Notes: generated by a model from the sequence alone, not told the origin. DNA of 64,000 bases from Dictyostelium discoideum (GCA_000004695.1 CM000154.2:1024001-1088000); one strand, 5' to 3'; counted from the stretch's first letter, positions 12,963 through 25,855 are shown. Translations and numbers: made by a program.

Positions 12963-13347
12963 TCTTTTTAGCGATTTCTCTAATTGGAGAAGATTCACCA
13001 ACAGATAAAATAAAACTAACAGTTTTATCAGTTAATGAAGACATTTTATTACTGAAACAAAAACTGTAGACACCAGCAAAACTTGAACGAAGTGTTTTAG
13101 TACCTTCACTTTCACGTTGACCAGAATATACAATTCTTTTATCTGGTGAAATGATAGTGAAATCAATATCATTGAAACCACCTTGAATAACTTGAAACAT
13201 TGCTGTGAATGATAAATCTACACCAATTTCTTCATAAATACATTCTTCAACTTTTGCTGAAACTTTGAATGAAAATGATTCAACAATTGAATTACTAGCA
13301 ATACATAATAATGCAATAACTAATAATAATAATTTATTATTCATCAT
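12963..13347 (-). CDS. emp24/p24 (TMED) cargo receptor exon 1: signal peptide plus GOLD domain
   Basis: MMNNKLLLLVIALLCIASN signal peptide. GOLD-domain signature FKVSAKVEECIYEEI...GVYSFCFSN. Donor A|GTAAGT is in phase 1. Confidence 0.85.
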
Positions 13348-13644
13348 TCTTTTTTTTGTTTTTTATTTATTTATTTCCAACAAAATATGATGATTTGGGA
13401 AAAAAAAAAAAAAAAAAAAAAAATTAAAATTGAAAAAAAAATTAAAATTGAAAAAAAAATTTAAAAAAAAAAATTAAAAAAAAAAAAAAATAAAAAAAAA
13501 TAAAAATTTAAAAAAAAAAAAAATAATAAAATTTTTGAACTTCTACTGACGTGTTGGTTTTTTTTTTTTCCAGTTTTAATTTAAATATTTTTATATATTT
13601 ATTTATTTATTTATATATATATATTTTTATATGGGTTTAAAATT

Positions 13645-13956
13645 TTAATAACATGTTGGAGTATATGGATAACAATCAGATGGACCTAATCTACGTGGAT
13701 ATTTTTTATGTTTGTAAATGAGGAATTCTTCATCAAAATCATCATCATCATCATCATCGTAGTCAACTTGGTTATAACGATCATAATAATTTTGATTATG
13801 ACATCCATGGTTATTTCCAGAAACTACACAACATTTGGAACCATCATGTTTAATCTTACATTCAAATCCTCTTCCACAATTCAAGTTGCAAATATCATCG
13901 CATTCAATCTTGACACAGCATTGTTTATCGAATTCATCGATTTTACATTCATGGTT
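13645..13956 (-). pseudogene. Read-through extension of the cysteine-rich gene: a third repeat unit plus an acidic tail, open for 104 codons downstream of the in-frame TAA
   Basis: NHECKIDEFDKQCCVKIECDDICNLNCGRGFECKIKHDGSKCC... shares an identical 46-mer with the upstream repeat (13841-13885 versus 14034-14078). It ends in a proper-looking C-terminus. Confidence 0.4.
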
Positions 13957-14810
13957 TTATGGACATCTTAATGAACAAATTGGTTTATGATGTGGTGGTG
14001 TTGGTCTTGGTTTATGAATTTTAACACAACATTTGGAACCATCATGTTTAATCTTACATTCAAATCCTCTTCCACAATTTAAATCGCAAATATCATCACG
14101 TTCAATCTTTACACAGCATTGCTTATCAAATTTATCTATTTGGCATTGATGATTTGGTGGACATTTTAATGAGCATACTGGTTTTGGAGATTTACGATGT
14201 CTATGATGATGGTCATCACAAGCCCTTTTGTCCGATTTAAGATATTTACATTTTTTACCCATCTTTTCACAATCCAAATCTTTGCAATCTAAACAATCTG
14301 GATATTCTGGACCATCATAGTCATCAGAGTCTGTTCCACCAGTTGTAGTTGTAACAGATCCAGTTGTAGTTGAAGCAGATCCAGTTGTAGTTCCTTGTGA
14401 TTGTGATTCTGATGAACATATATTTTCATATTCACAAACACCATCCATACAAACACCATTGATGAGACAAGGATCATCTATTGAGCAAACCACAGGAACA
14501 AATATACATACATTAGCTGGACCACCTGCTCTTGAATATGGTAGACATAATGAAGGCAAACATTTATCATTTGAAATACAACCTTCACCTTCACATTCAA
14601 TACAATTTTCAATTGGAGTATGCAAACAACCAACATCACCATCAGAACAAGCGTCATAAGATGAACAACCGTATCCAGTAGCACACCAAGAATTTTCACA
14701 TTTATTAGCTGGTTTTTCACATTCAAATTCTATGGTTCCAATTTGGCAAGTTGAATCAATATCAGGATCAGTGCTTGCAACAAACTCTACTTTGGCAATT
14801 TTCTTCACTA
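13957..14810 (-). CDS. Secreted cysteine-rich repeat protein, last exon, ending at an in-frame TAA
   Basis: Acceptor CTTTAG at 14812-14811 with a phase-1 junction. Cys-rich modules, an STTTGS linker, His-rich spacers and C-terminal repeats (CCVKIE.DDIC.LNCGRGFECKIKHDGSKCC). Confidence 0.6.
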
Positions 14811-14879
14811 CTAAAGCAAAAATCAGTACATGGGTCCATTTTCACATTCTAAAAAATTTAAATTAAAAAAAAAAAAAAA

Positions 14880-14915
14880 TAAATGTAAATATTTATTATT
14901 TATTATTTTTATTTT

Positions 14916-14983
<68 letters not shown>

Positions 14984-14992
14984 TTTCAAAAT
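14880..14992. repeat. (TTTA)n/(ATTT)n microsatellite in an intron of the cysteine-rich gene
   Basis: Tetranucleotide array. Confidence 0.9.
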
Positions 14993-14998
14993 ATTTAC

Positions 14999-15209
14999 CT
15001 TTTAATTCTGGTTCACATTGATTTGTAGCATTACAGAAATAACTTTTTTCACAAGGGGCAAGGACAACAGAGGCACAGTCAATACTAGAATGACAACAAT
15101 TTGGAATTGATTCATAAACGCAAATATTATTTAAACATTCCGGAGTTGGTAATTCACAAATTGGATCTGGTCCATCAATACAATCGGCAACATCAACATA
15201 TGCTTTGCA
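14999..15209 (-). CDS. Secreted cysteine-rich repeat protein, internal exon (ICKAYVDVADCIDG...NQCEPELK); 5' boundary unresolved
   Basis: Strongly Cys-rich open frame. Donor G|GTAAAT at 14998-14997. Upstream, the frame runs into (ATA)n with no in-phase AG. Confidence 0.5.
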
Positions 15210-15297
15210 AATTTGTATTATTATTATTATTATTATTATTTTTTTTTTTTTTATTTTAAAATTAATATTAATAAATATTAAAAATCTTTAAAATTAC

Positions 15298-15348
15298 CTT
15301 GTTGGGAGTAGGAAATAATAAAAATATAAATAATATTCTAAACTTCAT
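15298..15348 (-). CDS. Putative signal-peptide exon (MKFRILFIFLLFPTPNK) of the cysteine-rich gene; the splice into the next exon could not be made phase-consistent
   Basis: ATG plus a hydrophobic core, then GTAATT. No downstream AG gives a compatible phase. Confidence 0.3.
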
Positions 15349-16020
15349 TATTCATAAATGGATTTATTTATATATATATATTTTTTTGATTTTTTAAAAA
15401 AAATAATATTAATAATTAATTGAGTCAGAAAAAAAAAAATTACTTTTTTAATTTGATTATTATAACTATTTTGGTAATTAATGTATCCGTTTTTTACACT
15501 TTAATGACATTCCAATTCACACAAAGTCAATATTATTTGAAATTTCAATGATGATAATTAATGAAAAATCATAATAGTTTTTATTATTTTTTTTTTATTT
15601 ATTTATTTATTTTTTTATTTTTTTATTTTTATTTTTAGGGTAATTTAATAGGAAAGGGGTGGTGGTTTTGTTTAAAAAAAAGTATTTCCAAAACAATAAC
15701 TATGTACACGTGTGGTGTGTGGGAAAATAAATTAAATAAATAAAAATCAGTTAAAAAATTTTAAATTTTTTGTTAATTTTTATATAAATTATTTAATTAT
15801 TTTAATAAAATAGAGGACTCTTCTTATCTTTTTTTTTTTTTTTTTTTTCCACGAAATAATGAAATTTTATTTTAAATTTAGTTGTGGTGGATTACAAAAC
15901 ATATACAAATTTAAATTTAACTGAAATAATATTTAATTTAAAATTTTGAAGAAAAATAAAATAATTATCTAAATATTTTTTTTATTTATAATAATATCTT
16001 GGATATAAGATTTTTAAAAA

Positions 16021-16383
16021 AAAAAAAAATAAAAAAAATAAAAAAAATAAAAATAAAAATTAAAAAAAAAAAAAAAAAACATATTTTTTATTTATTGACA
16101 CCACTCAACAAATATTTAAATAACCAAATACTATATTTTTTTTTTTTTTTTTATAGTTGTGATTAGCGCTTTTTCTATTGCTATAATCTGTTGTGTATTA
16201 AACTAAAAATAAAATAATATTAGAAACAAAAAAAAAAAAAAAAAATTTAATTATTTTTTAGATTTCAAAAAAAATAAAAAAATAAAAAAATAAAAAATTA
16301 AAAATCAAAAATTTTTAATTTAAAAAAAAAAATAAAAAAAAAAATAAAAAAAAATAAAAAAAAATAAAAAAATAAAGGGTTAC
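16021..16383 (+). repeat. Copy A of a roughly 350-bp segmental duplication (core TTGACACCACTCAACAAATA...TAGTTGTGATTAGCGCTTTTTCTATTGCTAT)
   Basis: About 90% identical to 17370-17700. Both copies abut N gaps. Confidence 0.7.
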
Positions 16384-16483
16384 NNNNNNNNNNNNNNNNN
16401 NNNNNNNNNNNNNNNNNNNNNNNNNNNNNNNNNNNNNNNNNNNNNNNNNNNNNNNNNNNNNNNNNNNNNNNNNNNNNNNNNNN
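16384..16483. other. Assembly gap (100 N)
   Basis: Exactly 100 N. Confidence 0.99.
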
Positions 16484-16981
16484 CCTTAATTAAATTTAAT
16501 TTTTAAGATATTTTTTAAAAATAATTAATTGAGAATAAGGTTAAATTGTTGAGTTTTAATCGAATTGGGAATGATGGCTTTGAAGCTGAAGTGTTATTTC
16601 TAAAATAAAGAAGTATTAAGTATTTTGTAAATGAAATTATAATTTCAAACGGTGTATTTGGATTACTATTATATTTTTTTTTTTTTTTTTTTTTATTTTT
16701 AATTTCCATACTATATTTTAAAAAAATTTATTTTAAAAAAATTTATTTTTAAAATTTATTTTTAAAATTAACCAATTATTTGTTTTTTTATTTTTTTATT
16801 TTTTTTTATTTTTTTTTATGGGAAAAAATAATAATTTAATTCAAAAAAAAGGATTTTTTTTTTTTTATAAAAGAACCTCCCAAAAAAAATCATTTTATTT
16901 TATCCATGGTTTTTTTAATCTTTTATTATTAAATTAATAATTAACACGAATGGTAATATTTGGGTAATGTTTTTATAAATC

Positions 16982-17021
<40 letters not shown>

Positions 17022-17077
17022 AAAAAAAATGTTAAAATAAAAAATTTATTTCCAAAAAAAAAAAAAAAATTTAATAT

Positions 17078-17114
<37 letters not shown>

Positions 17115-17134
17115 TACAATTTATCACCCACACT

Positions 17135-17179
<45 letters not shown>

Positions 17180-17184
17180 ATAAT

Positions 17185-17284
17185 NNNNNNNNNNNNNNNN
17201 NNNNNNNNNNNNNNNNNNNNNNNNNNNNNNNNNNNNNNNNNNNNNNNNNNNNNNNNNNNNNNNNNNNNNNNNNNNNNNNNNNNN
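17185..17284. other. Assembly gap (100 N)
   Basis: Exactly 100 N. Confidence 0.99.
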
Positions 17285-17345
17285 AAAAATAAAATAAAAA
17301 ATAAAAAAAAAAAAAATAAAAAAAATAAAAAAAATAAAAAAAAAA

Positions 17346-17369
<24 letters not shown>

Positions 17370-17385
<16 letters not shown>

Positions 17386-17700
17386 AAAATAAAAATTAAA
17401 AAAAAAAAAAAAAAACATATTTTTTAATTATTGACACCACTCAACAAATAATTAAATAAACAAATACTATATTTTTTTTTTTTTTTTTATAGTTGTGAAT
17501 AGCGCTTTTTCTATTGCTATTATCTGTTGTGTATTTAACTAAAAATAAAATAATAATAAGAACAAAAAAAAAAAAAAAAAAATTAAATAATTTTTAGATA
17601 TCAAAAAAAATAAAAAAATAAAAAAATAAAAAAATAAAAATCAAAAATTTTTAATTTAAAAAAAAAATAAAAAAAAAAAATAAAAAAAATAAAAAAAAAT
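17370..17700 (+). repeat. Copy B of the segmental duplication
   Basis: Same order of sub-blocks as copy A. Located 1.3 kb downstream. Confidence 0.7.
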
Positions 17701-17998
17701 TAAAAAATTTAAAAATTAAAAAAAAAAAATTTAAAAGCAACCTTCATCACTCCTCCATAAGCAATCCAATTCATTTTTATAAAAGTAACCAAAGAAAAAA
17801 AAAAAAAAAAATAAATAAATAAATAATAAAAATAAAAAATAAAAAAATAAAAAATAAATCATAAAGTTACCAAAAAGAAAAAAAAAAAAAAAATCCAAAA
17901 TAAATCATAAAGTTACCAAAAAAAGGTAAAAAAAAAAAAGGTAAAAAAAAAAAAAAAAAAAAAAGTAAAAAAAAAAAAAACAAACAAACCCTTCCACT

Positions 17999-18035
<37 letters not shown>

Positions 18036-18047
18036 CTTTTCCCAGCA

Positions 18048-18951
18048 ATGATTGATTCCGCTAGATATCATAGCCATAGTAGTGGAAATCAGGGAAGTGG
18101 ACATGGTATGGACCACACACCCTCCAGTCCTACTTCACATTCACACAGTCCAAATAGCCACCATTCATTCAGTCCAGGTGTTAATAATCTTCCATCATAC
18201 CAACAACACCAACAAATGCAACAACAACAACGTTCAATGGTAAAGAGTGATTCATCTCAAAGTATATCATCTCCTCCATCACCTTTATTAACATCTTCTT
18301 CTCCTTCAACTCCACTTTCAGAAAGTGGTATTGTTTCAAATAATAATACTAATAATAATAATAATAATGGTAACAACAACAACAACAACAACAATAATTC
18401 ACATCAACAAATGCAACATGGTCAACAAAATAACAATGGTGGTGCTCCACCAAGTTCTAAACCCGGTTATCAAACTTGTTCACATGCAAACCATGAACTT
18501 TGGTGGAGTACAAGTCCAGAATTACCAGTTAGTGAATTTTACACTCGATCTTATAAATGTAAAAGATGTTATATAAGACAACAAACTGAAAGTAAAAAGA
18601 CTAGACAAAGTCCAATTGGTAATGGAAATAATGGTCACATGGGAGGCAACAACAACAATCACTCACCACCTCATAGTTATTCTCATTCAAATCAACAACA
18701 TCAACAACAACACCAACAACAACAACAACAAAATCAACACCATCATCATCTTCAACATCAAAACCCCTATTCAAATCAAAATAGTTCAAACTCAAACTCA
18801 AATTCAAACTCAAATTCAAACTCAAATTCAAACTCAAACTCAAACTCAAACTCAAATTCAAACTCAAACTCAAACAACAACAATAATAATGTAAATAATT
18901 GTAATATTAATGGAAGTGGATTTCACCAAAATAGTAACACTAGTAATAGTC

Positions 18952-19000
<49 letters not shown>

Positions 19001-19451
19001 TAATAATAATATTAATAATAATAACAATAATAATAACAATAATAACAATGGTAATAATATAAACTCAAATATTGATAATGCCATAAATCAAACATTTTCC
19101 CAAAATTCAATATTGAGTAGTTTGGCTAATCTCTCATCATCGTATTCCTACAATGGCAACACTATAAAAAATGGCGGAGGTAATCAACAATTACAACAAT
19201 TCGAAAGAAAACAAAGCAAATACTTAGCAAAAAAACATATGAAGCACCAAGAGGAGGCGCAACTCAATGGAATTAGTGGTTATGATAATAGTAGTATTAG
19301 TGGTGGTAGTGAGGATGAACATAATTATCCAATTAATCCAATTAATTATATTGATCAAGTTATAAATAATAGTGGTAAATTTAATTCAAGTAGTATGAAT
19401 AAAGGTATTGGTATCAATCATCACCATCACAATAATAATAATAACAACAAT

Positions 19452-19528
<77 letters not shown>

Positions 19529-20043
19529 TAACAATAACAATAACAATAGTAGTAGTGGATCACCAAAATTAGATAATGAATCTGATGAGAAAAAAATTGA
19601 GTCTTATCATTATATGTTTCAAAATTTACATCCAATGATTGATCGAGATCCAAATAGTCAAGGTTACATCGACAGTTATCTATCTGGTCGTCTTGAACAA
19701 AGTCAATACTTTACAACATTTAGAATAAAGGGTAATCTTGGTGGTGTTTCTGGTAATGGTAATGGAGCGAATAGTAAAATAGGTGGATTTATAACAGAGG
19801 TTATTGTAGGTGGTAAAACTTTTAGAGGAATCGTTTTTGAAGATTTGAAGAGCTCAAATCAAACAAATAATCATTCCCAAAACTTTTCACCAAATCAATC
19901 TGGAACCAATTTAAATAATAGTAATAGCAATATACCTTCTTCAAAAAAAATTAAAGATAAAAATATTTCTCCTTCTTCTTTTTTACCAACAATAGGTTCA
20001 ACAACCTCTACAAGCAATCAATTATCTAATGGTTATAGTAATG
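18048..20043 (+). CDS. Low-complexity (His/Ser/Asn/Gln-rich) protein exon 1
   Basis: ATG at 18048 after a poly-T tract. 665 codons open. (AAT)n and (CAAACT)n tracts are coding. Donor G|GTAGGT is in phase 1. Confidence 0.55.
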
Positions 20044-20159
20044 GTAGGTTTTAAAAAATTAAAAAAAAAAAAAAAAAAAGTTTTAACAATTTAAAACTCT
20101 TTTGGATTCGATATTAATTTTATTTTATTTTAATATTATTATTATTATTGTTATTTTAG

Positions 20160-20305
20160 TACCAACCTCTAATGAATTAGAAGCACTTTTAATACTAGGA
20201 AAACAAGTTAAAAACGATGAAGAGTCTAAAAAAAGAAAAAAACCTTACAGTTCAGATACAGAGGATCAATCTTCGTATGCTTTAAAAACAAATTTATTTA
20301 AATAA
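20160..20305 (+). CDS. Low-complexity protein exon 2 (VPTSNELEALLILGKQVKNDEESKKRKKPYSS...), includes stop
   Basis: Acceptor TATTTTAG at 20158-20159 restores the frame after a 116-nt AT-rich intron. Confidence 0.55.
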
Positions 20306-21171
20306 TTCTTGGAAAAAAAAAAAAAAAAAATTTTGGAAAAAAAAAAAAAAAAAAAAAAAAACCAATGTATTACACAAAAAAAAAAAAAAAAAAACAATAA
20401 ACAAATAATTTAAAAAAAAAAAAAATTATAAATAGAATAGAATATAATCATAATTGAGGTCCATCATATTTCCATAAATAAAAAAAAAATAAAAAATAAA
20501 AAATATTTTCGTTCGTGTTGGTGAAATTGCCCCACATCATTTTTGGAATAAATTTTTTTATTTTCAATTTCCATAATGGCGCAAAATTAAACCCAATATT
20601 TAATGATTCGCCCAGCCCATTCCGTTCATCACGTTATAATTTGTCATGAAAACAGGGTTCAAAGATTTTTTATTTTTTTTTATTTTTTTTTTTTAAATTG
20701 AATTTTTTTCTTTTATTTTTTTTTTATTTTTTTTTATTTTTTTTTTTTTAATTTTTGTTTTTTTCGAAATTAAAAAGATATATATAAAAAAAAAAAAAAC
20801 AACATAATTGTTTTTATTATTAAAAGTTTTTTATTTTTTAAAATATATCTTTGTGATTTTGAAATTAAATCTTTAATTTTGGTTATAATTTTTATTTTTT
20901 TATTTTTTTATTTTTTTTTCACAAAAAAGAAATTTTACCCATTTTTTTTTTTTTTTTTTTTAAATTAAATTTTTAACAACACACACTATTACCAATATTA
21001 AATATCTAAAAAAAAAAAAAAAAAAAAAAAAAAAGATATCAATAATTATAGTAATAACAATAACAATAATAATAATAATAATAATATTAGTAATATATGT
21101 AAAATTAAATAATAATTAAAATAATTGGGAAATAATAGGAAAAAAAAAATTTGAAAAAAAAAAAAAAAGAA

Positions 21172-24008
21172 ATGAGTGGTAGAAGTAATAGTATTAGTGG
21201 TGGATCAGCTTCAATTAGTAATAGTATTTCAAGTAATTTATCAAAAGAAGAATTCACGAGAAATAAAGTGATTGAAGAGGTTAGAGATGAATATGAAAGA
21301 AAGATATCAGCGATTGTATTTTGTTTACAAGAGAAATCAGAAGAGAATACAGATTTAAATTCAACAATAAAGAAATTAACCGATGAAGCAAAGAAAACTG
21401 AAGATAGCACCAATAAAGTAATCGAGGGATTACATGAGATTACAAGTCACAAAGATGAAGAAATGTTAAAAGAAAGAAAGAAATCACAAGAATTGGAAAG
21501 AAGAATTCAAACAATGTCTGAACTATTTGGTGAAATGGCTGATGAGAATGTAAAATTAAAAGAGATTCTTGAAGATACTCGTTTAAGAATGATTCAAAAT
21601 CAAAAAGATTTCAATAAAGAAGTTTCATTAGAAGTTAAAAGACAACAACAAAAATCACACCAACAGCAGCAACAAAATGGTAATAAATTATTCTCTGGTT
21701 TATCAAAGCTTATACCAGGTACACCCAATGGTAATGGTAATGCTAATGGTAGTTCAAGTACTACATTGGTTGTCACACCATCGTCATCACCAAGAAAAGA
21801 GAATTCTTTTAATTTAAATAATAATGGTTATAATGGTAGTAGTAATGGTACAACACCACCAAATAGTGCAATGACACCAACTTCACCAACATTACCATCA
21901 CATGGTAGTTCATCGAATTTATTATCAACTGAACAAATTATATTGAATAGTTTAGAAGAGATTAAAAAGATTGAAGATTTAATTGGTTTAGATTTAATTC
22001 TATTAACTGATGAAAAATGGACAAATAAATTTAGAGATGCCTCTATTAAAATGATTACAAAATCATTGTTAATTAAAATTATAGATAAGATTGAAGCCGA
22101 TCAATCAAAAGCACAAGATACAATTGAAAAGTTACGTTTATCAGTACAAGATTTAGAATCAAGAACTGATGATCTCACTCACGAGATTCAATTATCTTCT
22201 GAAAAGTTAAAGCAAACTGAAGAATCTTGTTTCAAAGAGAAACAACGTGGTGACTCTTTTAGAGATAGTGCTGTAGAATATGAAAAGAAAATTAAAGATA
22301 TCGAACAAAGAATGTATGATAATCTAAATAAAGAATCACAACGTCGTGTTGATGCTGAATATAATCTAAAGAGAATGAAGAAAAAAGTTGAAGAATTACA
22401 ATTCATGTTGGATCAAATGAATGAAGATAGTTCTGATGATGATGATGACGATGACGATGACGATGATGATGCCGTTGATAGTGATGATAGTGATGCAAGT
22501 TCTGATAGTTCTGATAGTTCTGATGAAGATAATGGTAAAAATAAAAAATCAAATTTAAAATCTTCAAAAAGTGCTAAACAAATTGATACTTCTTCCACTT
22601 TATCATCTGAAAATTCAAAAAAACAAAAAGAAGATGATGAAAAAGAAAAACAACGTAAACAACAAGAAGAGGCAATAGCTGAAAAAAAAAGATTAGAAGA
22701 TGAGGAAAAAAGAATAGCAAATGAAAAGAAGAAACAAGAAGAAGAAAAAAAACGTAAAGAAGAAGAGAAAAGAATTGCATTGGAAAAGAAAAAACAAGAG
22801 GATGAAGAGAAAAGGATTGCATTGGAAAAGAAAAAACAAGAAGATGAAGACAAGAGAATTGCAATGGAAAAAAAGCGTAAAGAAGAAAAAGAAAAAGAAG
22901 AAAAAAGAATTGAAATGGAGAGGCAACGAAAATTAGAGGAAGAGAAAAAAGAACAAGAGAAAAAGAAATTAGAACAAGAGAGAGAAGCAAAATTAGAAAA
23001 TGAACGTAGATTAAGAGAAGAGAAAAAACAAAAAGAAAGAGCTGATAGAGAAGAAAAAGAAAGATTAACTGTTGAACGTTTAGCAAAAGAACGTGAATTG
23101 GTTCAACAAGAACGTGAATTAAAAGAAAAACAACTATTAGATAAAATTAAAAAAGATAAACAAGAAAAATTAGAAAAAGAAAAATTAGAAAAAGAAAGAT
23201 TGGAAAATGAAAAATTAGAAAATGAAAGATTGGGAAAAGAGAAATTAGAAAAAGAGAAATTAGAAAATGAAAGATTAGAAAATGAAAGATTAGAAAATGA
23301 AAGATTAGAAAATGAAAGATTAGAAAATGAAAGATTAGAAAATGAAAGATTAGAAAAAGAAAGATTAGAAAAAGAAAGATTAGAAAATGGAGAGAAATTA
23401 GAAAAAGAGAAATTAGAAAAAGAGAAATTAGAAAAAGAAGAATTAGAAAACAAAAGAAATGAAGAAGAGTTATTATTAAAACAACAACAACAACAAAAAG
23501 AAAAAGAAGAAAAAGAAGAAAAAGAAAAAGAAGAAAAAGAAAAAGAAGAAAAAGAAAAAGAAGAAAAAGAAAAAGAAAGAATTGAATTAGAAAAACAAAA
23601 AGCAGAAGAAGAAGAAGAAGCAGAAAAATTAAGAAAACTAAAGGAACAAGAAGAAGAACAAAAATTAGAATTAAAAAGAATTAGAGATGAACAAAAGAAG
23701 ATTGATGATGAAAAAGAAAGAATTGAAAAAGAAAATATTGAAAAAGAAAAACAAAGAATCGAAAATCAAGAAAAAGAGAGATTAGAGAAATTACAACAAG
23801 AACAACAAAGATTATTTGATGAACAAGAAAAAAAATCAAAAGAAATTGAAATTCAATTATTAAAAGAGGAGAGAGAAGAACTTGAAGCTGAAAAAGCACG
23901 TTTAGCCTCTCTAAAAAGTGAAGCTGCTGCCGCTCGTTCAAGATCAAATTCTAGCACTTCAAACTCTTCAAATAATAGCTCCTCTTCAAATTTAAATCAC
24001 AATAATAC

Positions 24009-24076
<68 letters not shown>

Positions 24077-24420
24077 CAACTGACAATTTAAATGAAAGCA
24101 ATGGTTCAGTAACTCCACCACCAACAAGTGTCAGTAGAAGACAAAGTATAAGTAGTGGTATCGGTTCATTATTAAAGAAAGCTGTACCATCCTCACCATC
24201 CTCTTCAAAAGAAGAAAAGAAAGAAAAAGATGATACATTAAATAAATCTTCTGCATCTTTAACAAAAGAAGAAAAGAAAGAAAAAGAAAAAATTGAAAAG
24301 GAACTAAAAGAAAAAGAAAAACGTGAAAAAGAAGAAAGAAAGAAAAAAGAAAAAGTAGAGAAAAAAGAAAAAGAAAAGCGTGAAAAAGAAGAAAAGAAAA
24401 AAGAGAAATCAGTTAAATAA
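21172..24420 (+). CDS. Large charged coiled-coil protein (KEKE/E-K-R-rich, (ENERL)n array, acidic D/S tract, poly-Asn)
   Basis: Uninterrupted 1082-codon ORF from ATG 21172. The ORF-track start at 21151 is a TTG. Heptad-like charged repeats run throughout. Confidence 0.65.
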
Positions 24421-24761
24421 TAAATTAATAAACATTTATTTTTTTGTGTATTTATAAAATTTTATTTTTATTAATATAATTTTATTTTTATTTATTTCCA
24501 ATCATTTTTTTTTTTTTTTTTCAAAAAATTCATAAAAATATCTTTATCCGATCATCTCCGATTTTTTGGGAAGTAAAAATAGATTTACAGAAAATAAAAA
24601 AAAAAAAATGAAAAACTAAAAGCGCTGTGTGTATTAAAAAAAGATAAAAAAAAAAAATAAAAATTCTTGTTCTTTTTTTGTTTTTTTTCTATTTCTTTTT
24701 TTTACTAATTTTTTTTGTTTACTTTTTATTTTTTATTTTTTATTATTTCTTTTTTTTTTTT

Positions 24762-25677
24762 TTAATCATCTTGATTCACAGGTGATTTTGTGTAAACAAC
24801 TGAACCTGAATCAAAACCACCCTCTTCATCATCTTCATCATCTTCATCTTCTTCATCTTCTTCGTCACTACTTTCTTGTTGTTGTCGTCTTTTATTATAT
24901 TTTAATTTCATACTTTCAAACTTTTCAACTAAAGTTGAACCCTTAAATACAACCGAACCTGAATCAAAACCACCCTCTTCAATATCGTCATCGTCATCAT
25001 CATCATTTTTAATGATTGAACCATTCTTGGAAAATACAACAGTACCAGAACTTGAAGTTTTACTACTATTATTATTATTGTTATTATAAATAAATGTACC
25101 ACCATTATTTGAGGTATCTTCAGTTCCATCCTCTCTCATAACGGTGGCTCTTTGAGTGATTGTATTAATTTTAAGTAAAGTTCCTTTTTGAAGTCCAGCT
25201 GAAGAAACAGATGAACCGTGTTGTCTTTCATCACCACCGCCATTAACATCATCATAATCATCACCCTCTTCTGCCTCTTCTGCTTCTTCTTCCTCTGCTT
25301 TCTTTCTCCTATATTCTTTCATGGTTGGTATACATTGTTCTACCATTTCACTGATGGTTGGTTGTGAATGTTCTTTTCCTTTCTTTATGAAAGGATGATT
25401 CAATAAATCCACTGCTGATGGTCTTTTATCGGCCTCTTTATTTAAACAAACTGAAATGAAATCATTAAATTCTGGTGACCAATTACCAGGTACCTCTAAT
25501 GTTGGTGCTTGTCTAAATGGAATAACAAATATAACTTTAACTGGATTTAAATTAAATAATGGTGGTTTTGATTCTGCCATCTCTATCGCTGTTATACCTA
25601 AAGACCAAATATCTGCTTTACTATCATATCCATTCGATCCTTTTGGTGGTGATATAACTTCTGGTGACATCCAATAT
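24762..25677 (-). CDS. STE20-family kinase exon 3 (subdomains VIII-XI plus an acidic D/E-rich tail with duplicated EEGGFDSGSVV motifs), includes stop
   Basis: P|YWMSPEV...ADIWSLGITAIEMAESKPP. The 280-nt intron carries (ATT)n. Total is 485 aa. No SARAH domain was recognised. Confidence 0.85.
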
Positions 25678-25711
25678 CTTTTTTTTTTTTTTTTTTTTTA
25701 ATTATCACATG

Positions 25712-25714
<3 letters not shown>

Positions 25715-25804
<90 letters not shown>

Positions 25805-25855
25805 TAATAATAATAATAATAATAATAGTAATAATAATGATAATAATAATATTAA
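25715..25855. repeat. (AAT)n microsatellite in kinase intron 2
   Basis: Trinucleotide array. Confidence 0.9.

Noticed and set aside
14289-14726. Antisense and overlapping ORFs inside the cysteine-rich gene
   Set aside because: Alternative frames of a confirmed Cys-rich exon.
21151-21171. ORF-track start MKKKKKE upstream of MSGRS
   Set aside because: The M corresponds to TTG, as for several other track ORFs (7186 TTG, 14808 GTG, 32632 TTG, 48772 GTG). The true ATG is at 21172.
22188-23453. Several minus-strand ORFs (72-170 aa)
   Set aside because: Antisense frames of the KEKE coiled-coil gene. The (GAA/AAG)-rich sequence gives open antisense frames (poly-F/S/L).
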